Below are positions 13,291-26,310 of a DNA stretch of 64,000 nt, piece by piece. The stretch is from Octopus bimaculoides. Taxonomy: Eukaryota. Position numbers and translations under genes: made by a program. Positions within the stretch are counted from its first letter, which is position 1. Every line of letters begins with the position of its first letter. The notes below the pieces were generated by a model that worked only from the letters and a program-made list of their open reading frames with translations, did not search any database and had not been told where the DNA came from. The DNA is taken from contig NC_068982.1 of the NCBI RefSeq assembly GCF_001194135.2, forward strand, positions 15,789,974 to 15,853,973. Direction: 5' to 3'.

Positions 13291-13879
13291 TCATTTGCAT
13301 TGCTGAAGGATCCCTTTCCTCTCACAAGGGAACAGATGTCACTAACAGAAAATCTGAATCCAGTTCAAAGAGCAACAGTCTTAGTTAACGCTTTTAAAAG
13401 TTATCTCCAGAGATTTTCCATAGAAATTAAAGCCGGCACCAAAAATTACATTTCATATACAAATATGTCTATGTAAAAAATTGAAGAAAGAAGAATCGGT
13501 AACGGACATTAAGACACCAGCAATTAATGGTGTTAGATATATCAATTAATGGTGTTAGATATTGTCCACCTCACAGTACTGCTTGTGTATGTTTGGTGCT
13601 AATTTCCTTGTTATGTTACAGGTTGCAGAGAGATACAGCACCAACAGTTTTTGTATTGGTGTAAAAACACACACACGCACATTTAGCTGACACTCCATTG
13701 GTTCTGCTGTTGAGGGGTTCCATTTGATCCAGTTACCAGAATAGCCTGCACATGAGCTTAACTTGCAAGTGCCAGAACACTCTACAGACACACATCCTCC
13801 ACCTCCTCCTCCCCCATCCTCTCCCGCCTCCTCTTTTGTGGCATAGTTCCCAGGGAGATTCAGCATGACACAGAACATA

Positions 13880-14050
13880 ACAAGACTGGCCCCTTTGAAT
13901 TACAGGTGCAACTCATTTTTGCCAGCTGAGTGGACTGGAGCAAAGTGAAATAAAGTGTCTTGCTCAAGGACACAATGCACAGCTGGGTATTGAACCTGTA
14001 ACCTCATGATCGTGAGCTGAGTACCCTAACCACTAAGCCACGCAACTTCA
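13880..14050 (-). mobile_element. tRNA-headed SINE (family E)
   Basis: The reverse complement gives a gcgtggcttagtggttagggtac A-box head and ggttcaataccc B-box. Same family as 46636-46835. Confidence 0.7.
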
Positions 14051-14534
14051 CACACATAAACAAACTCATATAACGTAGTAACTCAGGTTATCCTTAGTCA
14101 TGTGACCAAGGGTCACCTTGCTGCTAAAACATGCCCTGCTTATTATTTATTTCAGTTTTATTATCAAGTTATTAGAAAATTAGTTGATAAATCAAATTAA
14201 TGAATAAATTAGCTATTTTGTTAAAAGTTCTTTAGACCCAGCCTCTGTGACCTTATTAATAAAGATGTGCCCCGCATTGGCAGCATGACCCTTCCAAAGA
14301 ATAACGATATCAGTTTCAAAACATATGATTCTACATCAAGAATCTTGCAAAACAGGCAAAACCGAAACCAGCACCACCAGCACCACCATTAAAATCATCA
14401 CCATCATCATTATTATTTTCTCTTTATCACAGGTTTTGTTGGGGTTCCTGGAGTCTTGCATGCATAGAAGGCTTCCTACCTGCAGCCTACGGTACCATGC
14501 TAGCCATTCTTTGCAGCTATCTAATGCATTCCTG

Positions 14535-14866
14535 ATTATTATTATTATTATTCAGTAGTCTTATTTTTATCACGTGCTTTCACTTCACTACCGAGCGCAG
14601 CTCTGTGCGCCTTGGGTATGTGCTGTGGTTTGTTGTGATGCTCTTATTTTTACTGTACTGAAAGTGTTTTACGCAGGATGTGTACGGTGCCTAGTAGTGT
14701 TATTTTCTGTCTGTTATATATATTTGTAAGTCCTGGTGTTTTTGTTATGTATTTGTCTGAATATTTTTTATCATACCTAATGCACCTACTATGATAGGAA
14801 TTGTTTCTGTTTTTAGAGTCCACATTCGAATTACCTCCATTTCCAGGTCTTTGTATTTTGAAACTT
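14535..14866 (-). mobile_element. 3' end of an R4/Dong-like non-LTR retrotransposon (restriction-like endonuclease tail, 3' UTR, (AAT)n)
   Basis: The minus strand reads KVSKYKDLEMEVIRMWTLKTETIPIIVGALGMI / KYSDKYITKTPGLTNIYNRQKITLLGTVHILRKTLSVQ*, followed by a UTR and an (AAT)n tail. Confidence 0.8.
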
Positions 14867-14869
14867 TGG

Positions 14870-15085
14870 TGGGAAGCTTGCAGAACTGTTAGCACGCCAG
14901 CAAAATGCTTAGCAGCATTTTATCTGTCTTCAGTTTCTGAGTTCAAATTCCACTGGGGTTAATTTTGCCTTACATCCTTTCAGGGTCGATAAAATAAGTA
15001 CCAGTTGCATACTGGGGTCGATCTAATTGACCTATCCCCTCCCCTGAAATTGCTGGCCTTATGCATATAGCAGAAAAGATTATTA
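14870..15085 (+). mobile_element. Family B SINE (B2 tail) ending in (ATT)n just upstream of exon 1
   Basis: ttctgagttcaaattcc B-box, catcctttcagggtcgataaaataagtaccagtt core, ggccttatgc...gaaaagattattatt tail. Confidence 0.8.
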
Positions 15086-15091
15086 TTATTA

Positions 15092-15129
<38 letters not shown>

Positions 15130-15229
15130 GTTGTTGTTGTTGTTGTTGTTGTTGCTGTTGTTGTTATAATTATTGTTATGTTCCACTTTTGTTGTTTTTG
15201 CAGATAACAAGATAGAGGCTCTTAAAACT

Positions 15230-15331
15230 ATGGCAGCTGTCAAACGGATTAAGGTTTATATCACAATTCTAAAGAGTGGATATTTAACCAAAGTGAACCA
15301 GGGGAATCTGAGTTCCTTAAATCTTATGTCA
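15230..15331 (+). CDS. Coding exon 1: MAAVKRIKVYITILKSGYLTKVNQGNLSSLNLMS (PH strand beta1)
   Basis: Acceptor ttttgcAG at 15202-15203, ATG in strong context aaaactATGg, PH-type KSGYLTK motif, donor GTAAGT at 15332 in phase 0. The frame is open back to the acceptor, so an upstream coding exon is possible. Confidence 0.8.
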
Positions 15332-17162
15332 GTAAGTAAACTTGTCGAATCTTTCTTCCCCAAATTTTTAACAAATTTCACNNNNNNNNNNNNNNNNNNN
15401 NNNNNNNNNNNNNNNNNNNNNNNNNNNNNNNNNNNNNNNNNNNNNNNNNNNNNNNNNNNNNNNNNNNNNNNNNNNNNNNNNNNNNNNNNNNNNNNNNNNN
15501 NNNNNNNNNNNNNNNNNNNNNNNNNNNNNNNNNNNNNNNNNNNNNNNNNNNNNNNNNNNNNNNNNNNNNNNNNNNNNNNNNNNNNNNNNNNNNNNNNNNN
15601 NNNNNNNNNNNNNNNNNNNNNNNNNNNNNNNNNNNNNNNNNNNNNNNNNNNNNNNNNNNNNNNNGGGGGGAGAAGAATTGACCTCAGTGCTTGAATGACA
15701 CTGTATTTGTTGTTCCAACATAATCATCATCATCATTATTATCATCATCATCGTTATCATCATCAGTTTAACGCTCACTTTTCCATGCTTGTATGGCTCA
15801 GATGGAATGTGTTGAGACAGAGTTTTCTTTGGCTGGATGCTCTTCTTGTTGCCAACCCTCACCTTTTTCCAAATAAGGTAATATTTCCCAATGGCCAGAC
15901 TTGTTTAACATGAAAGAGTGGAAATGAAGGACACCACTTCCCTAAAGATAACACTCATTTACAACTCTCACAAGATGAAAATTAAAACTAACCTCCGTAG
16001 GATTTGATCCGTTACACAGAAACCTAGAACAAATATCACAAGCCATTCTACTCTCCTCAACTAATTTTTTCATAAAAAGGACCCATACCAATTCCACATA
16101 AAAGGCACCTGTGCCAGTGCTATGTATAGAGCACCTGGGCTGGTGCCACGTAAAAGGCACCTGCGCCAGTGCTATGTATGGAGCCCCTAGGCTGGTGCCA
16201 CATAAAAGGCACAGAGCACCTGGGCTGGTGTCACATAAAAAGCACAGAGCACTTGGGCTAATGCCACATAAAAGGCACCCGTGCCAGTGCTGTGTAAGGA
16301 GTACTTGCAATGATGCCACATAAAAAGCACCCATCCTGGTGCCATGTAAAAAGCAGATGGAGTGGGGCCACTTAAGAACACCTATGCTAGTGCTACGTTT
16401 AAATGTCCCCAGTACACCCTGTAAAATGGTTGGCATTAGAAAGGGCATCCACCTATAGAAACCATGCCAAAATAGATTCAAGTCATACCATCATGGAAAA
16501 TGAATGTTAAATGATGATGATGATGATGATGTGATCAATACACAGAGTATAAAAGTACATTCCAAGAATTTTTCTGATAACAAACATATATTTCTTTATT
16601 TTCAATCTGTGATAACCTTATTGAGTATTAGAATTATGGTATTTTGGAGTATAGGACAGATGTTTAGTGTATACAGTAATTGAATATGAGAGAATTTACT
16701 ATTTTAAACCAAAGAAATGTATTTCTTACATTTTATGAAAATGTGATTCTGTGGAATTAAATTTCTGGTTTGTTAATTTAGATGGAATGGTAGATATGTG
16801 TTTATATTTCAAACAAAATAAAACGGCCAAAAATGAAAAAAAGAAATACAAAGATTTATGAGGCAATGGGATTCCGTTGAGGATATTCTTCGTATTATTG
16901 TCATTAAACTGAGATATCAGAAAACAGACTTTTCGTTCTTTCCCCAGATTTCTTAAATCACACCCTATTGTCTTTAAAAGAAAACAAAAATAAAGAATAG
17001 GCATTATTGGATAATGAGATATTCAAGTATTTTGCTCCAACCCTATTCTTGATATTCATCATCAGCATCACAATATCTTCTCTCCCTCCTCTGTGTGTGT
17101 ATGTGTGTGTAATGTTAACGTTTGTTTTTGTGTGCAGTTATAATGATTTCTTTATTTATTCT

Positions 17163-17830
17163 TTGTGGAGGCACAATGGCCCAGTGGTTAGGGCGGCAGG
17201 CTTGCGGTCGTAGGATTGCAGTTTCGATTCCCAGACCGGGTGTTGTGAGCGTTTATTGAATGAAAACACCTAAAGCTCCACGAGGCTCTGGCAGGGGATG
17301 GTGGCGAACCTTGCGGTACTCTTTCGCGACAACTTTCTCTCAATCTTTCTTCCTGTTTCTGTTGTACCTGTAATTCAAAGAGCCAGCCTTGTTACACTGT
17401 GTCATGTTGAATCTCTCTGAGAGCTATGTTAAGGGTACACGTGTCTGTGGGCTGCTCAGCCATTTGCACGTTAATTTCACGAGCAGGCTGTTCCTTTGAT
17501 CATATCAGCTGGGACCCTCATTGTCATAACTGATAGAGTGCTCCTTTGTGGAGACCCAATGGCCCAGTGGTTAGGGTCGTGGACTCGCGGTCATAGGATC
17601 GTGGTTTCGATTCCCAGAATGGGTGTTGTGAGTGTTTAACGAAAACACTTGAATGCTCCATGAGGCTCCGGCAGGGGATGGTGGTGAACCCTGCTGTACT
17701 CTTTCACCACAACTTTCTCTCACTCTTTCTTCCTGTTTCTGTTGTGCCTGTATTTCAAAGGGCCAGCCTTGTCACACTTTGTATCACACTGAATCTCCCG
17801 AGAACTACGTTAAGGGTACATGTGTCTCTA
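17163..17830 (+). mobile_element. Two head-to-tail copies of a tRNA-derived SINE (family D)
   Basis: Both start gtggag(g/a)c(a/c)caatggcccagtggttaggg with a tttcgattccc B-box. The second copy (about 17545) is 3'-truncated. Resembles the Octopus OR-type SINE as I recall it. Confidence 0.8.
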
Positions 17831-19249
17831 ATGGAGAAACCAGTAAACTAGGAATCAAAGGGGTGTATAGGTAAAAAATGGATTAAATGATCACAGTTGG
17901 AGATTTCCTCTGTACCTGATTTTCTATGTTGACCTGAGGTCACACATTGTAGAAGGGAAGGGTTTGAGATCAGTTTTAATCAATTCCAATTAATGATTGA
18001 CATTAATGAAAATTATTGTTAACATTGGCAGGATTTGAATTCCAAATGTAGGCAAAAATGGAGTTTAACTGTATAAGGTTTTCTTCACTTCCATTTTTTT
18101 TTAGTACAAGAATCAATGATTTAAGTGAAGATCGTTCTCTTCATTAAGCATTTTATTTTAATTAATTACCGCTTTACTATTAATTCCTCTTGCAACCGGA
18201 ATGCCAGGGTACATTTTTATAGTTGTTCTTTTAAGTTAATAGAACACGGCTTTGAGTTCATTCACAAAATCTTTACCATTGTAGTTGTTCTAAGATTTAG
18301 CACTCATAATTGTCACTCTTACCGTTTTTCTTTATATTTATATCTTTATTAACAGAAGCAGTCATTAAGATAATAATTGTTTTAATCAATAAAGGTGTAA
18401 TTTTAATTAATTAGAATTTCTTAGCTTTTTACATTGATTATGTTAGCACCCACTTTTATCAAACAGTGTACGACATTTAACTTAGCACATTCTATCACTT
18501 TTGCATCTAATTCCATATGCTGTTAGTTATTCTAGTATTAAAGCATAAAAGAATATATAATTCTTTTACTCTTTTACTTGTTTCAGTCATTTGACTGTGG
18601 CCATGCTGGAGCACTGCCTTGTTGTGTTTTAGTCAAACGAATTGACCCCAGGACTTATTTTTTGAGCCTGGTACTTATTCTCTCAGTTTCATTTGTTAAG
18701 TTACGGAGACATAAACATATCAACGCCAGTTATCAAGTGGTGATGATGGTCAAGTGTCAGATGATGACAGGTTAGAGAGTGACCAAGGGACAGAGAAGCA
18801 AGACACCTATTTCTGCCTGTCTGTCTGTCTGTCACACTCTGACCTTTCATCATCAGACACAAGATCCCCTTCCTCCAATGCCCCGTCCCTCTCAAAATTC
18901 CTTGTCTTGCGAGTTACTTGGTGACTCTGCCAGTGCTGATGCCACGTAAAAAGGCATCTAGTCCACACTGTAAAGTGGTCGGCATTTGGAAGGGCATCCA
19001 ATGGTGAAAATCATACCAAAATGGACCTTGCCTGTGCTAGTGCCACGTAAGAAGCACTCTGTCCACTCTGCGGAGTGGTTGGTGTTAGGAAGGGCATCCT
19101 GCCATAAAAACCCTGCCAGAACAGACACAGTAGCCTGGTGCAGTGTTCTGCCTAGTCAGCTCTTGTCCACTGTCCTACCCATGCAAGCATGGAAGCAGAA
19201 TGTTAAATGATGATGAGGAGGAGGATGGGGAGGGGGAACACAGACACAA

Positions 19250-19285
<36 letters not shown>

Positions 19286-22059
19286 CTGGCTTCTTTTACA
19301 GTTTCCATCTACCAAATCCACCTACAAGGCTTTAGTCAGCTTGAGGCTATAGTAGAAAACACTTGCCCGAGGTGCCATGCAGTGGGACTGAACCCAGAAC
19401 CATGTGGTTGGGAATAACTGAAGAAAGCATAAATATTGGTTTCAAAGTTTGGCACAAGGCCAGCAATTGTGGAGATGGATGCAAGTTGATTAAATCAACC
19501 CCAATACACAGCTGGTACTTGTTTTATCAACCCTGAAAAGATGAAGGGCAAAAGTCTACTTCTGTAGTATTTGAACTCAGAATGTAAAGCCATGAGAAAT
19601 ACCACTAAGCATTTTTTTCCAGCACTGTAATGATTCTGCTAGTTTGCAGCCCTCAGTTGCAAATATTGAAACAAGGCCAGCAATTTCAAGCCCAATGTTT
19701 TTGTGGTTCTTATTTTATGAGCCCCAAATGGATGAAAGGTAAAGTAGACCTTGGTGGAATTTGAACTCAGAATGTAGAGACAAACGAAATGCTGCCAAGT
19801 ATTTTTGCCCAGCATGTTAACAATTCCGCCATTTTGCTGCCATATAGAAAGCATCATGATGATCATCATCATCGTGTAACGTCCGCTTTCCATGCTAGTA
19901 TGGGTTGGACTATTTGACTGAGGACTGGTGAAACCAGATGGCTACCCCAGGCTCCAATCTGATTTGGCTGAGTTTCTACAGCTGGATGCCCTTCCTAACG
20001 CCAACCACTCAGAGAGTGTAGTGGGTACTTTTACGTGCCACCTGCACAAAATAATGATAATCATTATGGTAGTCTCTTGTTGTCCAAACAAAGACGGTTC
20101 TGAAATTTCTTACCAAACAACCTTCATGAATGTTTATTTTTTTAGGGATCAAATTTTTGTGCCATACTTCACCTCAATCCCTCCATCAAATTGATAGGTG
20201 CATGGTGTGCCACATGTCAAGTTAGCTACATGAATTGAAGCGTTTTGCTCAAGAAAACAACACACCGCCTGGTCCAGGAATTGAAACCACAATCCCTTGA
20301 TTGTGAGTGCAACACCCAAACAATGCATCCTCATACTGATAATCATATTGCTTACATGATTACATGCCATGTAAACATAAAATGACCGTGGTACACATTC
20401 ATAAAAAGCCAGATTAGAAACTACAAGGAAGCCTGCCTGACCTTCTAACCAATTTCCTAATTCAACATCCTGGATTGGCACTTTTTTATTGACCCCCATC
20501 CCCACCCCCAAAAGAATGAAAAGCTAACTTGATCTCAGAATAAATATTCTTTTCCTACACTAGGCACAAGGCCCAAAATTTTTTGGGGAGGGGGCCAGTC
20601 GATTACATCGACTCCAGTGCATAACTGGTACTTAATTTATCGACCCCCGAAAGGATGAAAGGCAAAGTCGACCTTAGCAGAGTTTGAACTTAGAACATAA
20701 AGACAGACGAAATACCATTAAACATTTCACCCAGCGTGCTAATGTTTCTGCTAGCTTGTCACCTTAGAATCAAAATAAATATTGCATGATATTCTGTCCA
20801 ACACTTTGCCAATTCTAATGGTGCATGTCATGTTTATATTTGACCCTTATAAACTCTTATTTAAGGAGTGTCAGTTTACAATTTTGTTAAAGGATACCCA
20901 GTATGTACTTTTGTTTTTCAAGCTGATCTAGCATGTGGATACTAGTTTGCTTCACGCAATATACCAAGAATTTTTAATTAGAAATATATCTTTAGTGCTG
21001 CGTTACCATACTGAAGTACTTGCGGTGGATTACACTGTTTTGCAGGATTACATATTACTATTTTTTGTTAATTTGGCCGGCTGGTTACATTTCGGGTTAC
21101 TTTTAAAAGTATTTGGGCTACTTATCCACAACTTTTATGTTTTAGTTCAAATTTTATGTTAGTGATATTTTAAAATTCATAAACAAATGAAATTAAATCT
21201 GATTAGCCATATTCTTGAATACTTTGATCTGTATTGTATTTTGAATATAAAGTTTTGGAAAAACAAATTATAGATGTGCTATAATTATTATGTAATTAAA
21301 TTACCTAATGCAGTAATTTATAAAGGTAGTTCATAGAAGTAATGCATAAATTGGATAGCGCCAGTAATGAGAAATTTCCATTGAAATATATTGCTAATTA
21401 GATCATACAATAGCTGCTACAGCACTACCTGTTTCATTCCGTCTTCTGCAAAAAAAAAAAAAGAATTGCTCAAAAAAATCATTACTTATGCATGTTAATA
21501 GTTTTAAATATTTCATTACAAACGCAATGTAAAATGTCTATGTTGCTTGAAATGAATTTTGAATGCAAAGAATCTTGACAATTAGAAAAACAATAATAAA
21601 TTATAATGACGTTTGCATCTGTTATAGAATGATTCAATTGTGGTTTGAAACTGTTGTGGGCAAGTACTTTTGGTAAATACTGTACAGCAACAGTTCGTGA
21701 TTCCTTAGAAGCAAATTACTTGGCTACAGTATACTAAAAAGTTGAGACAATAATAGCGTGACAGGTGTCCATTAATGAATTTATATTGGCACCAACAGGT
21801 TATCTTAGATATCAGAATGATCCAATGTTTTCAGTATATCCCTCTTTATTTATTTGGTGATATTTCACTTCTATATGGAGACTCTTTGGTTATAAAGTGA
21901 ACCAGAAGTTGTTGGCAGTTGTTTGTCTGTCACATGGTATAAGACAGAACAACAAACTATTTTTTAATGAATCTTGATAATGTCAAAACTATACACATTA
22001 TACAATGAGCATGTAGTCAAAGTGTGATAAAAAGTCTGAAAAGTCCTGCTTAATAGATC

Positions 22060-22930
22060 CACAATTTTTAAATTAAGCAACTGAACTAAAACATCAAAGC
22101 AATAAAGCTTTGCTATAAAGTGTGTAATTTTGAAATATGATCTCACAAAACCAGATCAACAAAGCATGCTTCTTCAGCTAGACATAAAATGATAGAACTG
22201 TAATAAACTCGTATTCACCACAGACTATCAAAGCAATATTTTTTTTTTTCCTGCAGCAAAATAACAAAATTTACACTATAGTTAGCAGAATTTGTCACTT
22301 GTCATTCAAGTATTTGTGGCATCAATCATTTAGGAGGACTTATTAATAAAGAAATTTCTTCATTATCAATTGCAGCTGATTTGAAACTGCGCAGGATAAA
22401 ATATATGGCACTAATAAGGCAAAAAAAAAAAATGTTATTACTGTGTCCTTTCTGAAAGAACAAATTAGACAGGAAATCGTCAGTTTTTGATTTTGGATAA
22501 ATCAACCGACATCACTTATGAAGAGCATTGATGTGTGTGTGTGTGTGTGTGTTTGTGTGCATGCGCACATGTGTGTGTGTTAGATATTCTTATAAACAAC
22601 AAAATAAATGTGTATCACAGTTTTTCTGATTAATTCCTGTTCCGAAATTCCTGTCACTGAAATGCTGCACCAAGCTGTGGAAAAGTTTGAGTAATGTTGG
22701 AATTATTATTAAAAACTGTTTTGCTATTGCAACAAATGGAATTTTAAACCTTTGTGACAGTAATAATTCTTTCTATGCATTAATGAAATTAGATAATCTA
22801 AACTTGATTCTCATAAAATGCATTTGTCACTCTCTCTATTTTGCATGTTGCCATACTGTTGAAGAATTGCCTTTGAGCATTGACTGTCTGTTAAGAGGTG
22901 CTTACAACTTTTACTACAGACAAGTATTGT
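22060..22930 (+). pseudogene. Fossil hAT-superfamily transposase
   Basis: Broken frames give a BED-like finger YKVCNFEI*SHKTRSTKHASSARH, then CHSSICGINHLGGLI, DLKLRRIKYMALI, LILDKSTDI...CVRY (DESTD-like), IATNGILNLC (TDGA-like) and IKCICHSL (CxxH). Confidence 0.8.
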
Positions 22931-23842
22931 GAAGATGATTTTGTATGGAAATGTAAGAATTAATCAATGATGGCATCAGGCCATTGGAAATGGTTTAGCA
23001 TTCAGTCACAAATGGTAACTATGGAACGGTTTCTGTGTAAAAAGAAATGTTATTTATTTTATTTGTTATGTCTTCATGAAAAGGGTATTTCTCATGGACC
23101 TTGACAGCCTTCTGGGACCAGTGAGATTAATGCTGTTAATAAAAGTTGGCAACAGCAAGAAAGAAAGACATGTGCAAGGGGAGAATTCAAGAGGACTGAG
23201 GTTCTGAGGTGGTTGAACTGGCCTTAATAGTTAGAGCAGGAGCTTAGAGTTGGAATCAATATATAGGATATGCGGGGGAGGAGGAGGAGAAATTAGTAGT
23301 TAAGAGGGCTTGAGTAGTGATAGCATGAGGTTTGCCCACTCCAAGAAGCAGAGGCCATTGTAGTCACAGGATGAAATTGAGACTGAATTTTCAAATGCTA
23401 CAGGTCGCCTTCAAATACCCTGACACCATGTAAAGAACATCCGTGTTGGTGCCAACCCCTTTTGTTTAAATGAGGTTTCTCATGGACCCCTTTTAATATG
23501 CTAATCCTTATATATATATATATATANNNNNNNNNNGAGCACCAGGGTTCCGTGGAGCCCAGGTTGGGAACTACCGACATATGTACTTAAATTAAACAAG
23601 GTATGAATAATGGTCATTACATATTTTGCCTTTAGTGGAGCAAATTTGGCTTACAACTGTTTCCAGTAATCATTATTGGTTCGTTACTAACAGGCTTACT
23701 CAATTGGTCTATTGATCAGTTGAGAAAAATTGAATGACCCCTAAAAATTAACGCTATTTTTGTCAGAGGCATTTCTAGTTATAAACAAAGCAACAATTAT
23801 TTCTAAACTATTGTGATTTCTGGCTATTATAAGTATTGTTTA

Positions 23843-24060
23843 ACCCCTTTTGTTAACTACAAGACTTGACTATCCTTGTTCCAATGTTACAAACCTTCAT
23901 GTTTTAAAGAGATCTAAATTTAAACTTTTCATTAAAATTTTACATTAATTTGCTTCAAATACATGTTTAATAGCGACGATATCATTTTATTAAATTCTTC
24001 GTTATTTTCAAAATTAATTGAGACAAAGTGCATTTCAATAGAGATTTGGTAACAAAAGGG
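23843..24060. mobile_element. piggyBac-like MITE (second family)
   Basis: TTAA-CCCCTTTTGTTAAC ... GGTAACAAAAGGG-TTAA: TTAA flanks and CCC/GGG termini. Confidence 0.65.
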
Positions 24061-25302
24061 TTAAATTTAGTCTTCACAATTATTTCCTTCATTATATCAT
24101 GTTTGTAGTTTAGGCTGGAAGGGGGTCTTTAAACTATTAGTAAACTGACGCATAATTATAGGTATCTGTACCCTGTTCATAGTAACAAAAAAAAAAGGGA
24201 GAAAAAGGTTGTAATGGGTTAAGTTTTCTCAGATTATATTGAATATCAATTAGAGAAAGAAAAACTTTTGAAATTTCAGTAATTTTGATAAGATACTTCA
24301 AAACTGTACCTTACATTTTGCAGTATAATATTGACAAATCATCAATTAAATATTGTTCTAATTAAAATTACAAGATTTATTAAAAAATTCAATATGTAAT
24401 TTTGTGTTTTTTTTTGTTTTTGTTTTTGTGTTTACAAGATCAAAAAAATAAATAAATTCTTTGTGATTCTCAAAGAAAAAGACAATTCAATAGAACTGTC
24501 AAACAATGCTTGATTAATAAAATAAGATTATTTCCTTTATGTGTTTCCTTTCATTGGATAATTTCCATAGAAATAAATTNNNNNNNNNNNNNNNNNNNNN
24601 NNNNNNNNNNNNNNNNNNNNNNNNNNNNNNNNNNNNNNNNNNNNNNNNNNNNNNNNNNNNNNNNNNNNNNNNNNNNNNNNNNNNNNNNNNNNNNNNNNNN
24701 NNNNNNNNNNNNNNNNNNNNNNNNNNNNNNNNNNNNNNNNNNNNNNNNNNNNNNNNNNNNNNNNNNNNNNNNNNNNNNNNNNNNNNNNNNNNNNNNNNNN
24801 NNNNNNNNNNNNNNNNNNNNNNNNNNNNNNNNNNNNNNNNNNNNNNNNNNNNNNNNNNNNNNNNNNNNNNNNNNNNNNNNNNNNNNNNNNNNNNNNNNNN
24901 NNNNNNNNNNNNNNNNNNNNNNNNNNNNNNNNNNNNNNNNNNNNNNNNNNNNNNNNNNNNNNNNNNNNNNNNNNNNNNNNNNNNNNNNNNNNNNNNNNNN
25001 NNNNNNNNNNNNNNNNNNNNNNNNNNNNNNNNNNNNNNNNNNNNNNNNNNNNNNNNNNNNNNNNNNNNNNNNNNNNNNNNNNNNNNNNNNNNNNNNNNNN
25101 NNNNNNNNNNNNNNNNNNNNNNNNNNNNNNNNNNNNNNNNNNNNNNNNNNNNNNNNNNNNNNNNNNNNNNNNNNNNNNNNNNNNNNNNNNNNNNNNNNNN
25201 NNNNNNNNNNNNNNNNNNNNNNNNNNNNNNNNNNNNNNNNNNNNNNNNNNNNNNNNNNNNNNNNNNNNNNATTTATTTATTTATTTATTATTTGTAATGG
25301 TG

Positions 25303-25980
25303 ATAGTGGCAGGCTGGCAGAATCGTTAGCACACTGGACAAAATGCTACAAAGCAATTCGTCTGGTTTTTATGTTCTGAGTTCAAATTCTGCTGAGGTCA
25401 TCTTTGCCTTTCATCCTTTTAGGGTTGACGAAATCAGTACTAGTTGACTACTGGGGGATGATGTAATCGGTCATTCTCTTCCCTCAAAATTTCAGGTCTT
25501 GTGCCAACAATAGAAAGAATTATATTATCATTATAATTAAGGTAGCGAGCTGGCAGAATCGTTAGCACACCAGACAAAATGCTAAGTGGCATTTCACCCA
25601 TCGCTACGTTCTGAGTTCAAATTCTGCCGAGGTTGACTTTACCTTTTATACTTTCGGAGTTTATAAAATAAATACCAGTTGAATACTGGGTCGATGTAAT
25701 TGAGCCATCCCTGCCTTCTGCAAGCTACCCTTGTAGCAAAGATTTGAAATAATAATTATTATTATTAAGGTGGTGAGCTGGCAGACTCATAAGCGCACCA
25801 GACGAAATGAGTTCAAATTCCGCCGAGGTCGACTTTACCTTTCATCCTTTTGGGGGTCAATAAAATAAGTACCAGTTGAACACTGGGGTCAATGTAAGCG
25901 ACTTATCTCCTCCCCAAAAATTTCTACCCTTGTGGCAAAATTTGAAACTATTAATATTATTATTATTATTATTATTATTC
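25303..25980 (+). mobile_element. Three head-to-tail family B SINEs
   Basis: Heads (g)ctggcagaatcgttagcac at about 25315, 25551 and 25778, each starting right after the previous (ATT)n tail. Confidence 0.85.
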
Positions 25981-26310
25981 CGTGAGTTGGAGTGGGCACT
26001 TGCTCTTGAGATTTCAGGGAAATCTCAGACAGCGGAGTCCCTTGATTATCCCTAGAGGCCTTCCTGTATCAGGAGGGCCACATCTCTCTCATCCTCCCCA
26101 CCACTTTTGTTTTTAAGACCCTTGTATGCTTGAATATGTCCCTTGTTTTTCAGTGTGTACCGTGTATACTTTCTTTCCTTCATTTTTTTTTTATCATTCC
26201 ATTATATGTAAACCCCCCACACTTTACGTCTCTCTTCATATTGTCCCCCTCATCCTTCGCCCTTGTGGCAAATAAAATGAAACCATTATTATTATTATTA
26301 TTTTTATTAT
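25981..26310 (+). mobile_element. 5'-truncated retroposon 3' end (probable L1/Tx1-like LINE 3' UTR)
   Basis: T-rich UTR-like body ending gcccttgtggcaaataaaatgaaacc plus (ATT)n. The clade assignment is from recall only. Confidence 0.45.

Noticed and set aside
12533-13476. 257-aa and 285-aa Pro/Ser/Leu ORFs
   Set aside because: They are stop-free only because the strand is a C/T tract. No splice or domain support.
16095-16380. CRISPR-like repeat/spacer appearance (also 11316-11560 and 56800-57060)
   Set aside because: The context is eukaryotic with no cas genes, and the spacers are homologous to each other. These are subrepeats of family C.
17163-17260. tRNA-like sequences at SINE heads (also 46636 and 62129)
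   Set aside because: They have A and B boxes but continue into SINE bodies and lack a complete cloverleaf, so they are not called tRNA genes.
20760-21960. Coding-looking non-repetitive stretch upstream of the hAT fossil
   Set aside because: All frames have stops and I recognised no motif. It may be more transposon sequence but cannot be supported.
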